Part shown: in pieces, positions 48,847 to 61,266 of the stretch | Position numbering within the stretch: the stretch's first letter is position 1 | How the letters are laid out: each line of letters opens with the position of its first letter | Source: Rhynchobatus australiae | Taxonomy: Eukaryota | Assembly (NCBI GenBank): GCA_034780895.1 | Contig: JAUZTB010000027.1 | Location: 38,293,631-38,357,630, forward strand | Direction of reading: 5' to 3' | DNA: 64,000 bases | Translations under genes and position numbers: made by a program | The notes under the pieces: model-generated | What the model was told of the DNA's origin: nothing | The model's database searches: none | The model's input: the letters and a program-made list of their open reading frames with translations, nothing else

Positions 48847-51509
48847 TGATCAATGCTGCTTATAGTCTCCACAGATGTGCACTGATCAAGGAGTCATGGT
48901 ACAAGCCCTAACGCTTCAAAAGGTCTTAGAGGCTTGAAAGGGCGAGAGTTGATTGCAAATGGTTTCTTTATGCTCTCGTATACGTAGTGCCCAGCAGATC
49001 TGTATTGGAAGATACCAATCTCCTTGTGAAGGAAAANNNNNNNNNNNNNNNNNNNNNNNNNNNNNTACATTTGATAATTAGATGGTCAGTTACATTTGGT
49101 GCATCAGATTCACATTGTGGATCCTACAAATCCCATTGTTTGGTGTCTCCCTGCGACTGATATTGTGGTGCCTGCAGGGTTGATTAACAGTGGTGGATGA
49201 TGTGAGCTCAGCTCAAACGAACAATTGAACTTGAGACATCTGTGGCCTCTCAGCAACTAGCTGAAGCCCTGTGAGAGCCCTTGAGCAGGATACTAGTCTG
49301 CCATTGACTATTCAATAACAGAAGGAGAATTTGTGTGTCACATGAAAGTCACGATTCCAGTGTGTCGTTCTCCCATTTAACATGGTCTGCTTTCCTTAAC
49401 AGTACCAGATGTCCTGTGACTGAAGGAAATTCACACTGTGTTCTAGTATTTGAGCTGCACCAGATAAGCAGTGTGTACTGTGGTCTTTCTGGGCATGCCT
49501 GAATTTCCTCAGATATTTATTGCCAACACCAAGGTATGGTGGCATGTGTGACTCACTGTACAGTACAGTGAACAAAGCCAATGTACTCCCTGGCAGACTA
49601 CAGCAATTTCTCCCAGGAAAAGAAGGGTAATTTCCCCAGTAAAATACAGTGAGTGGAGGATGGTTACCCGTAAATTATGTGCATGAGGTCAAATTCAGCC
49701 TCTTATGTTAATGTGATCACCAAGCTTGATTGACAAGGGTATTACCTAATCATCTCCAATTTGGCAAGCAGAAAGGGTTGCCACCAAATGTAATCTTCCT
49801 CAAAACAAACCTATTTTATTATTATTTGTCTTCAAGTAGATTTGGTGATTTTTTTTTCTATTAAACAACAAATGAGCTAGAAATTAATTTACTCTTAAAC
49901 TGTTGCTATGTACCATGTAATGGGACATATTATTTCTCAAAGACACACCTCACACCAAANNNNNNNNNNNNNNNNNNNNNNNNNNNNNNNNNNNNNNNNN
50001 NNNNNNNNNNNNNNNNNNNNNNNNNNNNNNNNNNNNNNNNNNNNNNNNNNNNNNNNNNNNNNNNNNNNNNNNNNNNNNNNNNNNNNNNNNNNNNNNNNNN
50101 NNNNNNNNNNNNNNNNNNNNNNNNNNNNNNNNNNNNNNNNNNNNNNNNNNNNNNNNNNNNNNNNNNNNNNNNNNNNNNNNNNNNNNNNNNNNNNNNNNNN
50201 NNNNNNNNNNNNNNNNNNNNNNNNNNNNNNNNNNNNNNNNNNNNNNNNNNNNNNNNNNNNNNNNNNNNNNNNNNNNNNNNNNNNNNNNNNNNNNNNNNNN
50301 NNNNNNNNNNNNNNNNNNNNNNNNNNNNNNNNNNNNNNNNNNNNNNNNNNNNNNNNNNNNNNNNNNNNNNNNNNNNNNNNNNNNNNNNNNNNNNNNNNNN
50401 NNNNNNNNNNNNNNNNNNNNNNNNNNNNNNNNNNNNNNNNNNNNNTGTTTCTTAATTCATTCTTGAGATGTGAGCTGCTGATTAGGGATTCCTAGTTGCC
50501 CTTGTGAAGGTAGTTGTGCTGGTTCTTTAAGAACTGCTGCAGTTAATGGAGTGAAAATGTTCCAATTTTGTTAGACTGAGATGTGATGATATTACAGCAA
50601 AACGGAGAATGAGTATCCTATATACTTTAATGTTTTTTATTCTTTAATTAGTATGTAGAAATATGAGGATAAAAATGGTAAATAGAAATTTACATTATTC
50701 ACTTTGACAATATGTGTCTTATCTAACTGAGGATCCCTGTCTGGGTACAAAGTTATTAACAAAATAAGATCAGTTCCCTGTTGCAGTAATAGCAATAAAT
50801 CTAACTATAAGTTTAGCATCAATGGCCGCACAGGCAGCAATCATATCGAGAACATACAAGAATAAAGTTGCATTTGTTTAACAACTTTTGCTACCTTAGG
50901 CCAAAGTACTTCCCAGCCAATGAAGGACAATATTTCGAGTGAAATCACTTGTAAACAAAAATGAAGATGCAGCAATCACTCTGTACAACAAGGTCCCTCA
51001 AACAGCAATGAAATAAAAACTCGATAATCAGTTTTATAATTCTCTGTAAACAGCTTTGTCAGCGCTGTACCTTCAGCCTGTTACTTACAATTACAGGTAA
51101 TATTTATCAATTAGTAACCAGCTGAATTATACGTTTGTAACTGTTGGACTGTGTTCTTGGTGGGGGGCTGAGCTGACAAGCATCGCCCAACCCTAGATAT
51201 GTCCAGTTACCCTCAGCATGCAAAACTGTGACAGTACCAGTCGGAAAAAACAAAGTGACCTTTCTTTCTGTACTTTTTCTCCAAAGTAGACTGGGATGAG
51301 GTGTGTCTGACCAGAATATTGAAATGTAAAAGAAATACTTAAAGAAAAATGAAGAGGAAGTTCTCTTGAAGAATAGTTTTAAGGTGCTTCTAACTTTGCA
51401 GATGCTGTTCCTTTGAGTAACTGTACACAAATCTGAATAACTATTTAATACATTCACTTGATCCTTACCACATGAGCTCACCTGGGCTCAGACCTCATAA
51501 CTAAATGTT

Positions 51510-51831
51510 CAGAATCAGAATCAGGTTTATTATCACTGACATATGATGTGAAATTTGTTGTTTTGTGGCAGCGGTACAGTGCAAGACATAAAGTATATAA
51601 ATTTAAAAATAAATAAAATAGTGCAAGAAAAGGAATAATGGGGTAGTGTTCATGGATTGTTCAGAAATCTGATGGCGGTGGGGAAGAAGCTGCTCCATGA
51701 ATCATTGAGTTTGGGTCTTCAGGCTCCTGTACCTCCTCCCTAATGCTAGTAACGAGAGGAGGGCATGTCCCGGACAGTGAGGGTCCTTAATGATAGATGC
51801 CACCTTCTTGAGGCACCACCTCTTGAAGATG
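51510..51831 (-). mobile_element. Rex/Babar-like LINE 3' end with an (ATTCTG)n tail, running into a gap
   Basis: agaatcagaatcaggtttattatcactgac...ggggaagaagctg...caggctcctgtacctcctccc; a similar fragment lies at about 61663-61725. Confidence 0.65.
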
Positions 51832-53599
51832 NNNNNNNNNNNNNNNNNNNNNNNNNNNNNNNNNNNNNNNNNNNNNNNNNNNNNNNNNNNNNNNNNNNNN
51901 NNNNNNNNNNNNNNNNNNNNNNNNNNNNNNNNNNNNNNNNNNNNNNNNNNNNNNNNNNNNNNNNNNNNNNNNNNNNNNNNNNNNNNNNNNNNNNNNNNNN
52001 NNNNNNNNNNNNNNNNNNNNNNNNNNNNNNNNNNNNNNNNNNNNNNNNNNNNNNNNNNNNNNNNNNNNNNNNNNNNNNNNNNNNNNNNNNNNNNNNNNNN
52101 NNNNNNNNNNNNNNNNNNNNNNNNNNNNNNNNNNNNNNNNNNNNNNNNNNNNNNNNNNNNNNNNNNNNNNNNNNNNNNNNNNNNNNNNNNNNNNNNNNNN
52201 NNNNNNNNNNNNNNNNNNNNNNNNNNNNNNNNNNNNNNNNNNNNNNNNNNNNNNNNNNNNNNNNNNNNNNNNNNNNNNNNNNNNNNNNNNNNNNNNNNNN
52301 NNNNNNNNNNNNNNNNNNNNNNNNNNNNNNNNNNNNNNNNNNNNNNNNNNNNNNNNNNNNNNNNNNNNNNNNNNNNNNNNNNNNNNNNNNNNNNNNNNNN
52401 NNNNNNNNNNNNNNNNNNNNNNNNNNNNNNNNNNNNNNNNNNNNNNNNNNNNNNNNNNNNNNNNNNNNNNNNNNNNNNNNNNNNNNNNNNNNNNNNNNNN
52501 NNNNNNNNNNNNNNNNNNNNNNNNNNNNNNNNNNNNNNNNNNNNNNNNNNNNNNNNNNNNNNNNNNNNNNNNNNNNNNNNNNNNNNNNACTGGAAAACAG
52601 TTAGTGAAAAAGCTTACTTTTCTTAAGCATTTCACTGGATTCAAAATATTAGCATTTTGTGTGACAGTTGAAGCAAAGACTGAGAACCTGAGTAATGTAA
52701 GTGTGCTAAAGAAATGGGATCGGCACGTGCAAGGGGGATGTTCAGATGCTGCTCACAATGGACTCTATTGACCAGAAATAGAGCATGATCAATACTTTGG
52801 GGAAATGGAAGTAAAGCACATACAAATAATCACATCTGGATGAACTTAGTTAGGTATTGGTGACTCTTCTAATCTGTTGCTTCCTCGAAAGAGTGCCCTC
52901 CTGCTTCACCACCTCTCCTTTAAATGATCTTTTGAAAAAGCAGGCTTAATCTGTTGTGAGGCCTCCTCCCGAGGCTCATTGTCAGTGTTACTCTGATTAC
53001 AACCCAGTAATGTTTTACTGCATTGCTGTATAAGTGCACCCAGTGCATTTCAAGGTAAACTCAGTGCATTTAAGGAGATGCCAGCTAATCACATGATGGA
53101 GAAAGGAATTGAAGGGTAGGCTTATAGACTGGATGAGAAAGGGATGTGTAGCTGCTCCTGTGAATCATAANNNNNNNNNNNNNNNNNNNAGCAGAATAAT
53201 TACAATAACATGCAATTCTATGTAAAGTTGTTTTTGAAATTAATTAGCTAATAGAGGTTTATTCAGACAATTCTGAAAAGCACCACAAGCTCTGTAGTTG
53301 TAAGATTTATTTTCCACAGGGGATTGAAGGGGGTTTTGCCTCATCCCATGTTAAATTAAGTGTCTGACCTTTCATTTGGCATATTTGGTAGAGAAGGTTT
53401 AAAATATTCGATGTTGGCCTTTCCTATAACACAGACTGTCATCGTCCAGCTATTTTGTTGATCTGTCTTGAAGCTTTCCTTTCAGACTCTATTGATTGAA
53501 GTTATTTTGACAAATTCCTGGTATTGTCCAGCACCAGAACAGAGATTTAAGTTTTGATTCTGTACATCATTATATTTACCAAAATGGCTAATTGCTATT

Positions 53600-53995
53600 T
53601 CCAAACCAAGGTTAGCCCAGTAGATTGACAAAAATCTGGGATGACACTTCTGTAAGTCCAAGGGAGGGAATGCTTTATTGTCAAAGGTACCTTCTTCCAA
53701 GTGAGATGTTAAACCACGGCACAGTCTGCCCTCTTGGATTGACAGTAAAGATATTACTTTGGTAACATTCTGATGAGGAGAGGTGGGGTTATCCCAAGTG
53801 TCTGGCCAATAATTATGCCTCAGTCACCAAAACAGGATATCAGTTTATCATCACATTGCTGTTTCTGGGAACTTGCTGTGCACAATTCTAATCGGATGCC
53901 AAGTTTCCTGTATTTCAGAAGGACCTCAGATTACCTAATTGGCTGTGAAGTATTGGGGGACAACCTGAGGCACTTACAGGTGCAACATACGGGAA
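53600..53995 (+). mobile_element. DeuSINE/SacSINE1-like SINE with Deu domain
   Basis: gagatgttaaaccacgg...tctgccctct...ggccaataattatgcctc...catcacattgctgtttctgggaacttgctgtgcaca...attggctgtgaagtattggggga. Confidence 0.65.
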
Positions 53996-55074
53996 AGATT
54001 TCTGTTTTGTCTGTAACAGGACTGCAGCTCCTTGAATGCTCTGCCCAGGAAGTTCAACCTGGTGTAAGATGGATCCTGACATGGTTGGGAACAAAAGGCC
54101 TGAGTTTCACGCTGGGGTAGTTAAGCAAAGAATTCAAGTAAGTTCTCTGCAGTCTGTGGCTTTAGTTTATCATGAACCTGAATTTATTTGAGATCCATTC
54201 ACCATTAATGTTTGGGCACGGTTCTGTTTCACCACCACAGAATAAACCAGGAAATCTTGTATATATTTTAAAACATGCTGGAAACCAAAAAGATTGCTTT
54301 AATCAAATTTATTTTATGCAGGGTCTGGAATCCCTACAGAGCAGAGTACTATGGACATTAATATTAAAATATCTCATGCAAGTATTCTAAAACATTTAAA
54401 TCTCATTACTACCGTCAAGCCAGATATCAACCTCCACTTAAGTGTGATGAATGATGAATAATCGGCCACAATGTTATTCAACAATGAAGACAGATGTTTT
54501 ATTCAGTAATTGGATCGTGGATCATTGGATCAATTTCCTTAATGAACTGCCTTGAGGATTTTATTCTGTATCTCAACTCCACCTGACAAAAATATCAGAA
54601 GTCCAGGCATCATATGAGTGTCAGTGGAGTGAAATGAGTTCATAATCCATCCATGTGAATTTACTATGTATTTTGTGCACCAGTGTTTGGAAGCAGGATT
54701 GACGACAGGAGAGAATGAAGGGAGAATGTCTGCGAGACAGAGACACAGCTAAGGGATGGCAAAGGGCAACAGGAGGGATTGAGAGAGGAAGAAGGCTGCG
54801 TCAGAGAGACGAGGAGAAGGGGGATTAGTACAGCTTAAAGGGTGACAGCTTGAGGTTTGTAAACCTCGCAGGTTGTGGACTGCTTTGTCCTTGGATAAAA
54901 ATGTCAAAAGTGAGAATGACCTTTCTCAGGCACAGCATGCAGTAACTGGCAAATGTCAGCATGCACTCCTTACTGAGTGATCACAGGCTCAACGAGCTGA
55001 TTAAATTCTATGAAAAGTAATGTAGGATGTGAACGAAGAAACACTTCTTGGGTCTTATAGAACTTCATATTGCG

Positions 55075-55200
55075 GTATGGCGCAATGGTTAGGTTACTGC
55101 TCTTGTAACTCAGAAGCCTGGAATGACAATTTAAAGACCTGAGTTCAAATCCTACTGTGGCAGCTTAATCTGGAATTTAAAGATCAAATAGTAATAATGA
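55075..55200 (+). mobile_element. tRNA-headed SINE, 5' part
   Basis: A-box tggcgcaatgg, B-box gagttcaaatcc. A putative opposite-strand relative lies at about 2115-2290. Confidence 0.55.
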
Positions 55201-56161
55201 GGNNNNNNNNNNNNNNNNNNNNNNNNNNNNNNNNNNNNNNNNNNNNNNNNNNNNNNNNNNNNNNNNNNNNNNNNNNNNNNNNNNNNNNNNNNNNNNNNNN
55301 NNNNNNNNNNNNNNNNNNNNNNNNNNNNNNNNNNNNNNNNNNNNNNNNNNNNNNNNNNNNNNNNNNNNNNNNNNNNNNNNNNNNNNNNNNNNNNNNNNNN
55401 NNNNNNNNNNNNNNNNNNNNNNNNNNNNNNNNNNNNNNNNNNNNNNNNNNNNNNNNNNNNNNNNNNNNNNNNNNNNNNNNNNNNNNNNNNNNNNNCTGAC
55501 TACAGTGCATTCTCAGGAGGCATTCTTGCCTAGTTTGCCTGACCTGGTAACATCATTAAGCTTCTTCCTGCGCTATATTACTGTGGGTTGCATTGACAGG
55601 CAGTGCTCCAACTAGCTCCTTCTTTTGTCTGCGGGACGTCCTGCCAGGGGTAATGCATCAAAGGAAGTTTCCATTCTTCAGTTCTCTTGCTTCAACAGTA
55701 TTTCCACTGCTGTATTAGTGAACCTGGGGGCACAGAGATCCACCATGTGTTTGATTTCCTTCACCTTTACTACAATTAAAACAGTTATGGTGATGTTCTG
55801 CTACAGACCTTAGAGTCCTAGACTGCCTGCTCCTTACCCAGTGGGTAAACTCCCAGTCAAAAACACATGGGCTTGTCTGTCATAGAATAATGCTGACAAT
55901 GGAGCGTACTGTGGGGTGGTGATGCCATATCGTGCTGCAGCCCACTTTTGGTCTGCTTTAACCATGAAAGTCCCGGGTTTGCTCGTGTCCTAGTCTGTAC
56001 TAAAATGGACAACCTGATCTGTTGCAATTGTAGTGCTCACTTCAGAGAGGTGGGATGATTCAGCCAGTGGTCCCACTCGTAGATGGAAGCCGGTGACACT
56101 CCTTCAGGTGAGGGTGGATGGGTGACTATGTTTGTGTTCCATGCATGAAAGGAAATGAGGC

Positions 56162-56494
56162 CAGCACAGGGTGGTGCAGCTGGTAGAGCTGCTTCCTCAC
56201 AGTTCCAGCGACCTGGGTTCAATCCTGACCGCGGGCGTTGTCTTTTGTAGAGCTTGTGCGTTCTCCTTGTGACTGTATGGGTTTCCCCTGGGTATTCCAC
56301 TTTCCTCCCACATCCTAAAGTTGGGTAGGTTGGTAGGTTAATGGGCCATCTTAAATTGCCCCTTGTGTATAGGTGAGTGGTGGAATCTGCTGGGAATGTG
56401 GAGGATTAGTGTAGGATTAATGTAAATGGGTGTTGATGGTTGCCCCAGATTTGGTGGGCCAAAGGGCCTGTTTCTGTGCTGTATGACGCTGTGA
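56162..56494 (+). mobile_element. Near full-length HE1-type V-SINE
   Basis: A-box tggtgcagctgg, B-box ggttcaatcc, V-domain (ttctccttgtgactgtatgggtttcccctggg...tttcctcccacatcc), and CR1/HER1-derived tail ggtgggccaaagggcctgtttctgtgctgtatgac. Confidence 0.88.
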
Positions 56495-59400
56495 GATGTG
56501 GGCGTATCTGTAATCGCCATGGTGCTGGGGAGGCTTTCACTGGCTGTGCTCGCACATAAACCATTATCACAAGAGCAAAGCTCCAGTGGAACCATCAACA
56601 AGGTAAGGAGATAATACTTTTAGGAGAGGGGCAGAAGAGGCAGGAAATTCAGCAGAAGAGGGAACAAAGGAATTCATAGCATTAAGAAAGGTGCATAATT
56701 CATATTTCACGAACACATTGACCTGACCTTGAAGTGAGATACACTGGGTACAAATGGGATTTATACTATTAGTGTCCTGCAGCTTCTCGTCATACTTTCT
56801 GTTTATATCACATGGTGAGTTGGTAGCTTAAATAATTGATGTTGGTTACTTAAATATGAATCTAAAATATGAAATCTATCAATATGCAGTAGTTTTGCTG
56901 ATATCATTGCATATGCAATCTTCTCATAAAGTGCTCATTCTTAATTGTAATATTATGTTCATGCAGTTTGAAAACTACGTCATAGAAACGATGTGTTCAT
57001 ATGTGGTAGAAAGATAAAACAGGTCACTGATCTCATGTACAACACCAGGAGAATGTAAAACAAATGGTTGAGCTGAATCTATGGATGACACTTAAAGGGA
57101 TATTATGTTCGTTAGACAGTGAAGTGAAGCTTGGGGAGTTAACAGTGCATCCAAATTAACTGGTGCTTCTGAGTTTAGCACACCGAGACTGGCACTATGA
57201 AAATTGTACTTTGGACAATTTTACTGATACTTCTCATGTATCCTGGAAGAAAACTGTGGGAAATTTCATTAAATGGAACCCATTTCACATGAACTTGTAA
57301 TACATAGACACAGCAGAGACTTCACTGGTTAGGACCTGTCCTAAATGAAATATTAAACCTATAGAGGCAAAGTGAATGTGAAGTACAACTAGCTACAGTG
57401 AAACTTGATTGTTCCTCCATTATTTATTTCTTAATTCAGGATTCCGAGACAGTATCAGAATTCTCTTGTGGACCAGAAAAGCACTGCTTTATTTGATCTG
57501 GGCATTGACAACTCACCCAACCATTGCCTTGTGTCTGCTGGACAAAAACCACTCGTGAGCAATGGGCTCCACACAGTCCAGGCTGCTGGTGGTTTTCAGT
57601 ACATCTGAGAAACAGTGATGCATAAACAGACAGTATTTATTTATTTATTTACAGAATGGGAATTTGGTTGCAATGTTCTTGCTTTTTTTAAGCTGCTTTT
57701 AGTTTCTGGATGTTTACAGAGAGATGCATTGGAATATTTCAGTAACAGAAAGATCAAGAGCTGGAGCCCCCTGACAATTCTGTTGTTTTGGTTAAATGAG
57801 TAACAAAGCATTCAGTTCTCTTTTTACTGAGAGATGAAAAGATGACCTTGGGAAATCCATTTGCAATGGTACAAGTTGTTGCTGAGCTTTGCATGGATTG
57901 CAGGAACTTTGTCAGTTCTAAGTTCCTTCTGTCCCACTGTTCCTCCTCTCCCAATAACCCAGGCGGATTTTAAACACACTCATCTAGCTTTAAACACAAC
58001 TCCACAATAACAACAAAATTGTCAATTAAGAAAGCGCCTTCCGTCGTGACTCATTACCACTTGAGGAGTCAGCCCGACTTTATTTTGTCTCTTCAAACCT
58101 TTTGATTTCGAATCCCTTCGGGTGGTTGAAGCTGTAGGCTTGCGATCACCATTGCCACCCTCGCCTCGGGTAACAGAGTTCGTGGGAGTCTGTCAAGGCC
58201 CACCAGCGCTGATGCCTCAGCTGTGTTGGCTGAATGCACTGTTCTCCGCTAACAATGCAAGAATGTAGAGTTGTCTTTAACATCCCTCTGCCAGCATTGG
58301 GAAGTACACCTGTTGCCGTCGCCCGTGTGGATGATGGAAATTAAGCCAGGAAGTGCCAGCTGCACGGCACAGACATGATGATTTCTTGCATTCTTGCTAC
58401 TGCTTTTCTTATAGCACCAGCGTGAGGAGAGGTAGCCATTCAAATGAAGTAAATTACAATGGCATGTTAAGGGAATCAGAAGGCTCCTTAATCTGCACAG
58501 CAGGGACTGGACTGGTTGGTCCAGCAGTAGGAAAGTTGTTCTCTCTTCATGATACTGTGATCAATTTCAAGGAAAGAGGTGAAAAATAAACACTGAGCCA
58601 ATTGAAGTGAACCAAGTATATTGCTCATTACTGTGGGAAATAAAAAGACTAATAATTCACTTATACAGAGAAGGGACTTGACCATCTTATAAGACTATGT
58701 ACTCATAACAGAAATGGAAACTACATTCAATATAGTGAGGTTCTACCATTATATGACAGACATTTGAGGCAATGTGCACTCTTTGCCTAGATTCTGGTCC
58801 CAGATGGCTAAGTGAATGGAAGCATGGCCACTGACTACTGCTTAATGATATTACCTTGATTCATTGCAGAGGATCACAGTCCTGTTAGTCAGTGCACTGA
58901 ATCCATTGATCACATTAAAAGAATGAGCTCTAGCTGTTGTTAACGGTGAACATTATTATGATTTTTGTCTGTGATCATGTCTTTCTATGTGTGCGTGCTT
59001 AAATTTTACTCAGGAAGATTCAAAGATCAATAGAACAATAGAAAATCTTTATGGGTAGTGTAAGGATCTGCCATGATGAAATACAATGAAATCAAGTTCA
59101 GCATTTTCTATTGAGATTCAAGCATTTTCTGTATAAATATATGAATTTTTAGACTATATACAAAGACCATATATGACACCCAGATACATTTGGGTAACAA
59201 AATATATTTTCTGGTTAAACATATTTGCATTGTAATACTAATAAACCGCAGAGCAAATGATAAAGTCAAAACCAATTTTCTGCAAGTGTGTAAGTAATTG
59301 AAAAAGGAACACGCTGTCGGTGTTATAAGGGAAACAATGGAAATGAGACCGCTGCATTATTGAACAGCATGTTGTGAAATTAATTTTAGTTCATATTTTC

Positions 59401-61146
59401 ATGTTAATTGTATTTTGTTATTTATGTTGCATTACCTTGATAAGTGTAAAGAAAAGGTTACATTTTTAGAATAAATCTAGTTGTATAACGATTTATGAGT
59501 GTTGTCTTCTGTGGTAAAAATTCTGATTGTGTAAAAGTCTATCGTATGTCTGTGTTTATTCCTTTGGTCATGTCTGCTGAATATCCCTTCTCACATTTAC
59601 TGGGCTGTAATGTTCTTTTTCTCAATGCAGCCACATTGAAGAACTGTCATGATCCTGCAGTGTAACATCAGCATTGAGCCTAGCGAGATTGGCATGCAGA
59701 CTTCTAATGTATATTCCAGTCTCTCCTCTTTCACTTTCCAGGCCTTTTCCTCTCCCTTCTGCAAAAGATGCTGGTTGCATGGTCAGATAATGTGGTGCAA
59801 TGGCATCAGTTGAATACGCTTGCTGCTCTTTGGGCTTTGTGTATATTCCAAGCACTGAGCAAATCTCACGCCATAATTTGAATCTGGCTCATTTATATAA
59901 TATCACAATGTATTGTGGCCACTTGCAGTGTTCAGAGGTTTCAGCTTCTTGTCCATACAGCCATCCTGTGAGAAGAAGTGAGGAGAGCATGTTTCAGAGC
60001 ATGAAGCAGCTTCGGTGGAAGGCCTTTGAAGGAAGGGTGGGCCTGTTTTGAAACTGAGGTGCTGACATCCACCCCTGCAGCAAGGTGAGGCTGGGGGACG
60101 GTGCACATCTGTGCAACAAGCCCGGGATCAGGTGAAGATACTTTGCTGATCTTGGGTGGAAAGATTAAAGAAAAGTGGGCTGAAGACATTGCAAAGCACC
60201 TCGCAGTCAGTGAGAAAATGATCCGATAATTTGTGCAGACTGTCTGCTTTCCTGCTCAGCACAGCGATAGTGAGGCTAGTCATCGGCTGACCCCAGCTAT
60301 ATCGTCCCAGCCTGGGGATTGAACCGGGTGTGTTTTGTGCTTTGATACGATTGCTCTTGAGTGTTTGTTCCTGAACAATAAAAGTACTTAATTTTTGTTG
60401 TCCTAAACAGACATCTTAATCTCTGATTTTGCACTGATGTATCAGAGGGATGGGATAGTATTTAAGAAGTCAATCCTGACCCAAATGGGAATGGGTAGTT
60501 TACTTGTCAATCAACAACATTGATCAAGGAGTGGGTCTGCCTGCAGGGGTGTGACTGCTGGGACCCCTGCTCTCATGGTGCAGCCTGGAATCGGGGTCTG
60601 AGGTTGGAGGGTTGCAACAATGGGGGCAGGTTGGCTGATTGATTGCTCTCCTGGTTAGTGGGCCTGGATGTTCATGTTGAGCAATGGATTTGGTCTCATG
60701 ATGTAACTCAATCTGTATCCTTACCATGTTCATTGCATTCAATGCTTTATGCACTTCAACTTCTAATTTGAGTTAAAAGTGAAGTAGTTAAAACTGACAT
60801 TTCTTAAATAGCGTTTGCCAAACTATTTTGCTCAGCGGAAGGAAATAATGACCCTGTGCCAGTCGCAAAACATTATTTTGAGTCACAGAGTAATTTTTTT
60901 GTTCCACTGTGTCATGAGCAAAACTCTCTTTGTTTTAAGAAGTACTTAATCCTTTGACTCCCAAGCAGTCACTGTAAGGAGGGGCACCAGTTAACGTATT
61001 TGACACCACGATAGCACCCATGCACCGTCTTGAATGAGAGCTGGCAGGGAATTCAAGTGGAGATCAGTTTCTTAATGGAACCTCGACATTGATTCTCATT
61101 GTTGGCTTCATCTCCTTTATCAAGATGGCTTCATGTTCCAAATGTA

Positions 61147-61266
61147 GGTGGCACGGTAGTGTAGCAGTTAGCTATCACAGCGCCAGTGATCGGGGTTCGA
61201 TTCTGGCCGCTGTCTGTAAGGAGTTTGTATGTTCTCCCCATGACTGTGTGGATTTCTGGTTTCCTC
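61147..61266 (+). mobile_element. tRNA-derived V-SINE, 5' part (same family as 41143-41273)
   Basis: ggcacggtagtgtagcagttag...ggggttcgattc...ctgtaaggagtttgtatgttctccccatgactg. Confidence 0.8.

Noticed and set aside
56162-56240. tRNA gene-like A/B boxes (also 41200-41273, 44172, 55075, 61147)
   Set aside because: No complete cloverleaf, and the sequence continues into SINE body, so these are SINE heads.
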